From the human T2T-CHM13v2.0 reference genome, Homo sapiens, in NCBI RefSeq assembly GCF_009914755.1, contig NC_060925.1: a stretch of DNA of 64,000 nucleotides; one strand, written 5' to 3'. Each line of letters opens with the position of its first letter. Position 1 is the first letter of the stretch. Shown here in pieces: positions 52,935-64,000 of this stretch. The notes under the pieces are model-generated. The model saw nothing but the letters and a program-made list of their open reading frames with translations. It searched no databases and was not told the origin of the DNA. Made by a program: the position numbers and the translations under genes.

Positions 52935-53050
52935 TAAAAGGACCAGCCCTATCAAGAAAGAGGAAGAAGGAAGTGGATGCTACTTCACCTGCACCCTCCA
53001 CAAGCAGCACTGTCAAAACTGAAGGAGCAGAGGCAACTCCTGGAGCTCAG
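52935..53050 (+). CDS. IFI16: IFI16 exon 3, linker with NLS motif RKRKK
   Basis: ccag|TAAAAGGACCA; (V)[38 protein letters not shown]; donor CAG|gtaagc; 116 nt restores phase 0. Confidence 0.95.
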
Positions 53051-53595
53051 GTAAGCTTCAGGAAGAGGAGCAGGCTTCAAGTCCCACAGAGGAAGCTCTG
53101 CTACGGCTCTTCCACTCAATCTCTCCAGCAGGCAGTTATTTCTTCATGTTTCCCATCAAGTTTCAGATTTACCAAATTGTATGATAATTGATCATCTTAT
53201 TGATGCTCAAAGCAATGCACCAAACACATGAGTAAACATAATGTAAATATATATAACATAAATGTGATACCTTCATTCTAGTAGAGTGGAGTGTCAACGT
53301 GAGAATCAGGTAAGTACTTTGTCCATGTGTATAAAAACCTAGTTTCTCTAATCCCAAGTCAGCACATCCCATAACAGAAATAATTAGAGAAATAATGTGT
53401 ATAACATTCTCCTCTTTCTTCGTTTAATGAAACCATCTATGCCCATCTCTTAAACTGGCGAGAGATGGGCAGCAACCTCTCAAGTTTCCAAGAAACACCT
53501 TCTTAGGAATAATAAAACTACTATCCAATAATGAAAATGTGCTCTACTTCATTTGGCACTGAAAACGAATAACAGGAAAATCAAACCACTTTCAG

Positions 53596-53763
53596 AAAAG
53601 AAAAAAATCAACCAAAGAAAAGGCTGGACCCAAAGGGAGTAAGGTGTCCGAGGAACAGACTCAGCCTCCCTCTCCTGCAGGAGCCGGCATGTCCACAGCC
53701 ATGGGCCGTTCCCCATCTCCCAAGACCTCATTGTCAGCTCCACCCAACACTTCTTCAACTGAG
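53596..53763 (+). CDS. IFI16: IFI16 exon 4 (168 nt, phase 0-0), NLS KRKK plus S/T/P-rich linker
   Basis: tttcag|AAAAGAAAA; [56 protein letters not shown]; donor GAG|gtacac. Confidence 0.95.
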
Positions 53764-54650
53764 GTACACTCTTCCTGGTCCCATTTTGCTTTGTTTTTTT
53801 CAACCCAAAGTAAAGGACTGATTTCACCGGTTACTTAAAAATTGCATCGATAATTTGCTAGTTAATCCAATGTACATATTGAGAAACCACTACATTTTGA
53901 TCTTTTGCTTTCACAGGGATACTTGATGAACTTGACATTATCTCTGACTGCAGGAAGTTTTCTGTTCTGTGTTGTTTGGGGAAGGGAGAGAGAGCTATGC
54001 AGTACAGAACTGTCAGCTGTGGGCTCACTGTCTACTGCTCCCATGTCCTTCATACCTCTTCCCTTGGTTCACTATAGTATTCCATGTCAGACCTCTCCAG
54101 CACCTGCTAGTTTGTGAATGAGGTTATCCATACCCTCAGCTCTTTTTCTTGTAGATTAAACAACCTCCCCTGCATTAAAACTGTTCTATCGCAGTTTAAG
54201 GAGACTGGGATGTTAAAGAGTAAAGATGTTAAAGAAAACCCTTTCTGAGCCCCAGGTTTCTGTTAGCATGCTACCTGCTAGAGCCCTGACACTGAGAAAG
54301 GCTATGGTGGTGGGAATGACACTCTGTAGAGTTTCTGCAGCCTGAACCTACTGAGATGATGGCATTCTGAGGGGTTTATCCTACTTGTGTTCTCACCTGC
54401 TGTAAGCAAACTGAATCTTGGGTAGGAACACTATGAAATGTGCTCTTTAAATTGCCCTGTCTACACTGGTGATAACTGAACACTCTTTGTGTCTATAGTT
54501 TGTGGTGGGCACCGTTTTTCATTTTTTTTTTATTTTTATTTTTTTTTAGTATTTATTGATCATTTTAAATGTCATTTAACTTTGTCTATTTTTAGGCTCT
54601 GGCACTTTAAGCTGGTAAGAGAAATAGTATAAGAAATTATTTCATTCTAA

Positions 54651-54968
<318 letters not shown>

Positions 54969-55288
54969 TAAAATTTATTAAGTTACTTCATGACACTGGC
55001 TTTCAGTATCCACTGGTCTTATGTTGCTCTTATGCTTTATTTCTTAAGGATGATTCTGTTTACAGAAAGGTCATCTTTTCACTATATGGTCTCCTCTGTT
55101 ACTTCATCTTGCTATTGTACCAGTTTAAGATATCTTCTGCCCTGGCTCGCAATCCCTCTCTATCCTGACTCCAGCTCTAAACATCTGTGCAAGTTTTGGG
55201 GCCCTGTGTTGTACTGAGGTCACTGAATAGCAGTTCTGTATTTCTCAATTAGACATTTTTCTTTGTTCTCCTGTGCTATCATACACAG

Positions 55289-55711
55289 AACCCGAAAACA
55301 GTGGCCAAATGTCAGGTAACTCCCAGAAGAAATGTTCTCCAAAAACGCCCAGTGATAGTGAAGGTACTGAGTACAACAAAGCCATTTGAATATGAGACCC
55401 CAGAAATGGAGAAAAAAATAATGTTTCATGCTACAGTGGCTACACAGACACAGTTCTTCCATGTGAAGGTTTTAAACACCAGCTTGAAGGAGAAATTCAA
55501 TGGAAAGAAAATCATCATCATATCAGATTATTTGGAATATGATAGTCTCCTAGAGGTCAATGAAGAATCTACTGTATCTGAAGCTGGTCCTAACCAAACG
55601 TTTGAGGTTCCAAATAAAATCATCAACAGAGCAAAGGAAACTCTGAAGATTGATATTCTTCACAAACAAGCTTCAGGAAATATTGTATATGGGGTATTTA
55701 TGCTACATAAG
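55289..55711 (+). CDS. IFI16: IFI16 exon 5, HIN-A domain first part
   Basis: acacag|AACCCGAAA; contains the HIN-200 signature MFHATVAT; donor AAG|gtaagt; 423 nt. Confidence 0.97.
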
Positions 55712-56501
55712 GTAAGTCCTCAAAATTGTTTCGTTTCATTTTTCCACCAACACCTGAAATTAAAAGTCTTGATGTGTGAGATGAAGCTTTGCCTATAAAC
55801 TGGATATTAGAATCCAGGACTCTGAAGACTAATGACAGGTGGATAAAGACTTCTCTGAAGATAAGACTGGGATTAGGGGACCTGTTAATATTTCTTTCCC
55901 ATGTTCTCCTTCCCAGAGCATTAAACTGTAGTCTTTACAATAATGTTCACTGAGAAACCTTAAGACTTTATCAGTTGTTATTATCTATGCTAAGTGATCA
56001 AGGACATTGTGAGGTCTACATCCATACACACATGATACTAAGTTTATCCCTTTGATTATTATCTCTACTGTCATAAAAATCACATTATTTTTATTTTGAA
56101 TGAAGTATTGTCCTCTGAGGCTTGAGTTCTGGTTGTGACAGTCAGAATAAGAAATAAATTGACTACTCATGGCTGGAAAACAAATGCAGAAAGTAGATAG
56201 GACAATGTTCTGACCAAATGAAACTAATTCATCATAAAGAAATGGAACAATTGGGAAATACGAATTTGGATGATACTTGGAAAATCAGGTAATCTAAATT
56301 TGTCATTTATATATAAATAACAAAAAAAAAAAATAGAGTACAGAGTGCTTTTCCTGATATGTTCCTGTCCAAATTCATAACCAGTTAGCATGAGACATTC
56401 CACCCCGCAAAAAAGCATCTATCCTCTGCTATTGATTCAAGCAATTTATCTGATCAATACTTCATTACCCATTATATTTGTTTCCTAGAACAACTCATTA
56501 A

Positions 56502-56818
<317 letters not shown>

Positions 56819-57400
56819 TATATACACACTCTTAAAGAGATGATTCTTACAAATCCAGTTCTAGGATGATGAGTAATGAGCAAAAAGCTGGAATGTTTGA
56901 GCTCAAGGACTTGGTTTCAGGAGGGGGTACAAATATTGGAAGAGACTCAGTAAATGCAGAAAATAGAAAAAGTAATTAGAGAGTTACCAGAAGCTTGCTT
57001 TTTCTTACAGATTCCTCATAAGTCACTGAATAAATAGTTGTAGCAGATATCCATTCTTTTTGCATGGGGCCAGAGACCCAGAAAGGCTATCAGAGATTTC
57101 AGCTTCCTCTGTATCAAGGTGCTTTGGGAAGCAAAGCTGCCCTGTAGGTGAAAGCAGTAGAAATTTGGAAGAAAACTCATTGTTCTAGAACTGTCATAGA
57201 AATATCTCAGATATGAAAGACTTAAACAAAAAGGATATTGAGGGACGGCTTTCTGCAAAGATGTGGCCTAAGATATGTGCATATCTGTACTAGGAGTTGC
57301 TGTTGTGCATCTTGTTTAACTCTCTTAGAAGGGACTTCAGCCTATATGTGGTTGTTATTAATTACATTCTCAGGAACAGAATATTAATTTTCTGTTACAG

Positions 57401-57589
57401 AAAACAGTAAATCAGAAGACCACAATCTACGAAATTCAGGATGATAGAGGAAAAATGGATGTAGTGGGGACAGGACAATGTCACAATATCCCCTGTGAAG
57501 AAGGAGATAAGCTCCAACTTTTCTGCTTTCGACTTAGAAAAAAGAACCAGATGTCAAAACTGATTTCAGAAATGCATAGTTTTATCCAG
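57401..57589 (+). CDS. IFI16: IFI16 exon 6, HIN-A domain second part; the gene continues beyond the window
   Basis: ctgttacag|AAAACAGTA; [63 protein letters not shown]; donor CAG|gtaaga; 189 nt. Confidence 0.97.
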
Positions 57590-57906
57590 GTAAGAATTAA
57601 ATAGGCAAATATTAGTTTTCCAAAGTGGAAATGATTTGCTTTAAGTTTTGGCAAAAACAAGTTTGTAGGTTTTTTTTACAGGGTTCAGCGGGAGGCATGA
57701 GAAAACAGATATTCTCCTTGTATTCACATTTACTTTTTTTAATTTTTTTTTTCTGGATGGAATGATGTGATAGGATACAATTTTAAAAAGAAAGAAATCT
57801 GAACTTTATCAAAAAAATTGAACTCTGAATTTTATGTAAACTTTTAAGTGATTGTAGGGTTGGGATTTAAAATTACATGTTCTCCATTTGTGAATTAGAA
57901 AACGTC

Positions 57907-57933
57907 GTGTGTGTGTGTGTGTGTGTGTGTGTG
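57907..57933. repeat. (TG)n microsatellite
   Basis: Direct TG run. Confidence 0.95.
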
Positions 57934-58991
57934 ATACTTTCTAGTTTGTAACATTACAATACACATATGTGTGTATTTAGTCCATAAAAATACCTAATTT
58001 GAAACTTAAAATTATTTGCAGTGATCAAAATTATGTCCCACTGACAAAGTTTTATACAGAGGAAGCTCTCCAATTTGTTAATTTGAATTCAAATATTCAC
58101 GTGTTAAGTTTCCTTACAGTACATGATTTTACGCTGTTGCCATTTTGAATGTTGTAAATTATTTTTTATTTCAGTAGGTTTTTGGGAAACAGGTGGTGCT
58201 TCGTTATAGGAATAAGTTCTTTAGTGGTGATTTCTGACTTTTTGATGCACCCATCGTCCAAGCAGCGTACACTGTACCCAGTGTGTATGTAGCATTTTAT
58301 CCCTCACCCCCCTCCCACTCTTTCCCCTGAGTCCCCAAAGTCCATTGTATCATTCTTATGCCTTTGTGTCCTCATAGCTTACCTCCCACTTATGAGTGAG
58401 AACATACAATGTTTGGTTTTCCTCTCCTGAGTTACTTCACTTAGAATAATGGTCTCCAATTCCATCCAGGTTGCTGTGAATGCCGTTATTTTGTTCCTTT
58501 TTATGGATGAGTAATAGTATTCCACGGTGTATACATACCCCATTTCTTTATCCATTTGTTTACTGATGGGCATCTGGGCTGGTTCCATATTTTTGCAGTT
58601 GTGAATTGTGCTGCTGTAAACATGCATGTGCAATGATCTTTTTTTGTATACTGACTTCTTTTCCTCTGGGTAGATACCCAGTAGTGGGATTGCTGGATCA
58701 AATGGTAGATCTGCTTTTTAGTTCTTTAAGGAATCTATACACTGTTTACTATAGTAGTTCTACTAGTTTACATTCCCACCAGCGGTGTAGAAGTGTTCCT
58801 TTTCACCACATCGATGCCAGCGTCTGTTTTTTAAAATTTTTTGATTATGGCCATTCTTGCACGAGTAATGTGGCATCATTTTGTGGTTTTGATTTGCATT
58901 TCCCTGATCATTAGTGATGTTGAGCGTTTTTCCTTATGCTTGTTGGCCATTTACATATCTTCTTTTGAGAATTGTCTATTCATGTCCTTAG

Positions 58992-59308
<317 letters not shown>

Positions 59309-59335
59309 CTTAGCCCACTTTTTGATGGGATTATT

Positions 59336-62300
59336 TGTATGTGCAATGCTTGTTCCCTGGTGCCATAAATAAATAGCATTTGAATATCAATTTAATTTTT
59401 TCAGCAAGGCCATTTTTATACTTTTTGTAGAAAGGGTACACTCGCCAGCGGTTTTGCCACAAGAGTATACGGAACAAAGGAGACAGGCTCATTTATAATC
59501 TGACGCGGCCACCCTCCTGCTGCGTTCGGTTTCCATTGGCTGGGACGGGACCTCACCTTCTGTATTTGTCCCGACTGGCTAGCACTTAGAACTTTTTAAA
59601 AGAGGCAAAGGCATAGGAGAACAAAGGAAGGAGGAAGTAACTTGTGGAATATTCAGAAAGGTAAAAACACCTTTAAATAAGGAAGAGGAACAGGCTATGA
59701 CCTAATGCTTGTTTGGATCAGTATAAGCATGTTAGGGCAAATATTTAGGCTAAATTGTGGGAGCTAAGAACATAAAGTATATTGATTTTTTATTATGGCT
59801 AGCAGATATTTAAGAATGTTTGTACAGGTCTTTGAATAAATTTTGCTTTTAAGAGAAGTTACTATTTATTTCTAATTAGATGGGGAGGAAAGTTTTTGAA
59901 GAGGAACCTCTACTTTTTACAATTTCCCCTCATTTCATAATTCTTCTTTAAACTTGTTTAATATGTTTTGACTTAATTTTTTTTTGTCCTTTTAAGAGAA
60001 GTAATTTTTCAGAATAGGGTGGAGGAGAATTAGGAGTTAACTCTGCAAGAGTGGCAGAGATAAGTTTTTGTATAAAATTTCAAAGGCAGGGAATAATATA
60101 ACAGCCTACAAGAATAAGTACACCAATAACAAGAGCAAACGAGGTGAGAATTGAAGTTAAATTTTTTTTTTATCCGCTGAACCAATGTTTTATTATTTTA
60201 GAAAAAGAGTTATTTATTTTAGAATTTTTGGCAAGTTTATCGGATAGGGCTGTTAATCCTTGTAGCACTTTTGTTATAGTTCTATCAGGGGCAGTATTAG
60301 GAATAAAGGTATAACATTGAGTTTTAATTATGACACAAACTTCTTTTTTTGCTAATATTATATTTAAAGCTATTTTATTTTTCTAGACCATCTGGCTGGT
60401 AGGTCCTAATTGCTTAGCTTTCTCTTTGATGGCGTCCTCAGTGTAATTTATGAATCGTTGCTGATTATAGTAGATATAGTTTATTTAGTCTACTTAAAAA
60501 AAATTTATAGTTACTTAACAGAACAACATGGATTTAAACTCTGCAGCTATTTGATTTTGTGCTTTAAACTTATTTGGCACTTCTCATAGGACCTTAATAG
60601 CATTTATGTAAACCTAACGTTTAAAGGACTCATGAGGAGTTTCCTTTGGCCTGCAGTGTCTTGTTTTTACCTTTTTTTTTTTAGGTTGGTGAAATGCCAG
60701 GGTGCAGGGGATAGCCAGTTGGATTAGAGCATAAGTACTGCTCCAATTATTTGGCAGAGTGTCTAGTAAAAGTCCTCTACAATATCACCATACATTTGCT
60801 TGGGGATGGCTAAGCGTGGACTGATGGGCAAGCTCTTGGAAAGGCTTGAGCTCCTTGCATCCTTTTATGCTTCTAAGGAACACCAAATTTTACTCTTGCC
60901 GTGAGAGGCACAAAGTAAACTTGGCATTCAGAGGTGGAAGCAGGCTTGCCCTCGGGGGCGGACCCCCGGGGTATTGAGTTTCAGGAAATAACAGATAGAG
61001 AGCTCAGCATGATGGATTATCCTAAACTGTGGGATTTTGCAAGAGAGCCACCATATGTCCATTTCTGGTCAATGAGGAGACCGTCCGAGTGGAAAGGGGA
61101 TAATCTGGACCTCTGGGCTACCATGCGTACAAGCGTGATAATAATTTTTATTTAAAGTGCGAAGGGAATATTTAATTCATTCCAGCCAGGCATTTGCATC
61201 TTGATATTTTGTCTTAATGGCTAAGGTCTGTCTTAGATGTCTTATTTTTACAATAGACAACCTAGTTTTATTATTAGATGTAGGGGCAACTGGTGTGGGA
61301 TCTAGAACCGAGGCTACTGAAGAAGGGGAAGATGGGGGAATAATGCGTGTTTTAAAAACACCTAGGGGGTCTTTTTCATTTATGTCAATCCCCATGCCAT
61401 CTAAGCGACCAAGGGCAGGTCTAGAGTTAGTTAAGGTGGAGGTGGTGATAAAGAGAAGGACAGAGTTACATTGATAAGGGCTGACAGTTAGAAGGGGTAG
61501 CCCTTTTGGTGAAATAGATGAAGGGTTTTAGATCTGCACAAACCTTTTTTGTGGAAGTCTAACTTTGCTCTTGAGTAGTTTAAAGGATGTAGTCCCATTT
61601 ACTACAAGGTTGCCAGGCTGTAGGAGCAGAAAATCGATGCCTTGGCTGCAGGTGCTCACAATGATGAGTGCTACGGGTAATTGTGTCAATTAGAGGGCCG
61701 GGACATAAATATTTGTGTGAAAAGGCTAGCTGTCGTTAATCTTTTTTTATTTCCACAAAGTATGAGAAAACAAGCATTAAAGACAATGGTCTAAGGTGAG
61801 TTAGACTTAGTTATATTTATAACAAAGGAGCTAATAACAAAAGAAAAAAATATATAAAAGATGTATTAAAATGAAGCTTTCTTTAACTTAGAAGGGCTTA
61901 ATCTTAGTACAGTAACCCATAATTCTAACGAAGAAGATGTTTTCTTGACTCAAATATGATGGGTCCATTCTTTCTCAGCTGTGCGGACGGCAGTCTCAGT
62001 GGTTAATACATAAAATAGGGTCCTTCCCAGGCTCGAGTTTTTTTTTTTAATCTTTTTTCATCTTTTAATAAGAACATGGTTTTCAGGCTGGTGCTGGTGT
62101 ACTGGAAATTCTAGGGGTGGTACCTGTGCTAAAAGACTTTTAGTTCTGAGGGAAAAGAAAGTGGAAAATAAGCATATAATTTTTGTTGCATATCCTGGGG
62201 CTTGAAGCCCCATGGTGACGCCTCCCGCTCCATTCCTGCTCAGCGCCGCCCAAGGGATGCTGTGGCCCTGGCCCCTCTTGAAGTCTTGGCCTTCTTGTGG

Positions 62301-62566
62301 CCTTCACCACCCCCGCGTGCTATGGCCTTGGGGATGAGGGGCATTGTGACTTACCTGGCCACCCTCGGGACTTAAAAAAAAATAAACACCATTTTATATT
62401 TGACTATTTTTTGTATAATTTTATACTAAATAAGTTAAATTTTACCTTTATATTAATGTGCTATTAATGTTAAATTTAATTTTAGTAAAATATTGTAGAC
62501 ATTATTTATCCAATTTTAATGTCTGACCATAAAGTAAAACTTTTATAGACTCATTTTAATTTTTTA
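59336..62566 (-). mobile_element. Defective HERV-I/IP-group provirus: LTR10C-like 3' LTR (59336-59921), polypurine tract, env and pol-end remnants; no 5' LTR
   Basis: Minus strand reads aaatgaggggaaat|tgtaaaaagtagaggttcctc (PPT then LTR start). Env TM peptides INYIYYNQQRFINYT..QLGPTSQM..VCV..TQC.TFIP.NTAPD at ~60250-60600. Confidence 0.85.
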
Positions 62567-63304
62567 TATTTGTTTTTTTCTTGATGATTTGCTTGAGTTC
62601 CTCATAGATTCTGGATATTAGTCCTTTGTCAGATGCATAGTTTGTGAATATTTTCTCCCACTCTGTGGGTTGTCTGTTTACTGATTATTTCCCTTGCTAC
62701 GCAGAAGCTTTTTAGCTTAATTAAGTTCCATCTATTCATCTTTGTTTTTGTTGCATTTGCTTTTGGGTTCTTAGTCCTGAAGTCTCTGCCTAAGCCACTC
62801 TCTAGAAGGTTTTTCCGATATTATCTTCTAGAATCTTTATGGTTTCTGGTCTTAGATTTAAGTTCTTGATCCATCTTGAGTTGATTTTTGTATAAGGTGA
62901 GAGATGAGGATCCAGTTTCATTCTTCTACTTGTAGCTTGCCAATTATCCCAGCACCATTTGTTGAATAGGATGTCCTTTCCCCACTTTGTGTTTTTGTTT
63001 GCTTTGTCAAAGATCAGTTGGCTGTAAGTATTTGGGTTTATTTTTGGGTTCTCTATTCTGTTCCATTGGTCTATATGCCTATTTTTATACCCAGAACCAT
63101 GCTATTTTGGTGACTATGGCCTTATAGTATACTTTGAAGTCAGGTAATATGATGCTTCCTGATTTCTTCCTTTTGTTCTTTTTCCTTAGTTTTGCTTTGG
63201 CTATGTGGTCTGTTTTTTGGTTCCATATGAATTTTAGGATTTTTTTTTCTAGTTCTGTGAAGAATGATGTTGGTATTTGGATGGGAATTGCATTGAATTT
63301 GTAG

Positions 63305-63664
<360 letters not shown>

Positions 63665-64000
63665 TGATTCTACCCATCCCCGAGCATAGGATGTGTTTCC
63701 ATTTGTTTGCGTCGTCTATGATTTCTTTCAGCAGTGTTTTTAGTTTTCCTTTAGAGGTCTTTCACCTCCTTGGTTAGATATATTCCTAAGTGTTTTATTT
63801 TATTTATTTTATTATTTGCAGCTATTGTGAAAATGGTTGAGTTCTTGATTTCATTCTTAGCTTGGTTGCTGGCCGTGTATAGCAGAGCTACTGATTTTCA
63901 TGCTTTAATTTTGTATCCTGAAACTTTGCTTGAAACTTTGCTGAATTCATTTACCAATTCTAGGAGCTTTTTGAATGAGTCTTTAGGGTTTTCTAGGTAT

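Noticed and set aside
53746-53751. Thr at IFI16 residue 179 (PPNTSSTE) versus Ser in a recalled reference protein
   Set aside because: Consistent with a common known polymorphism; not novel.

Overview
Human (primate) genomic DNA from the PYHIN/AIM2-like receptor (ALR) cluster at 1q23. It is not prokaryotic, and no RNA genes or CRISPR arrays were seen. Gene content, left to right: (1) the last two exons and polyA site of PYHIN1 (IFIX) on +, 10.7-14.1 kb; (2) a transposon-dense intergenic block with nested L1, MER11, MLT1, THE1, MER4 and Alu elements; (3) the single-exon AIM2-like pyrin-only gene PYDC5/POP3 on -, 37039-37380; (4) the promoter and first six exons of IFI16 on +, covering the PYD, NLS linker and HIN-A domain (47.0-57.6 kb), followed by an intron holding an L1 with a nested LTR10C/HERV-IP provirus. 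Most notable observations: a hidden tandem array of the ~168-nt S/T/P exon module in PYHIN1, with one dead pseudo-exon and one copy rescued by a new acceptor and read in a new frame; compensating frameshifts plus splice-donor read-through that keep PYDC5 open; a mutated upstream splice acceptor in IFI16 exon 3; probable IFI16 upstream exons antisense to PYDC5; an APOBEC3-type G-to-A hypermutated provirus inside IFI16; and several templated-insertion scars. Family names and paralog sequences are from recall, not from a database search.
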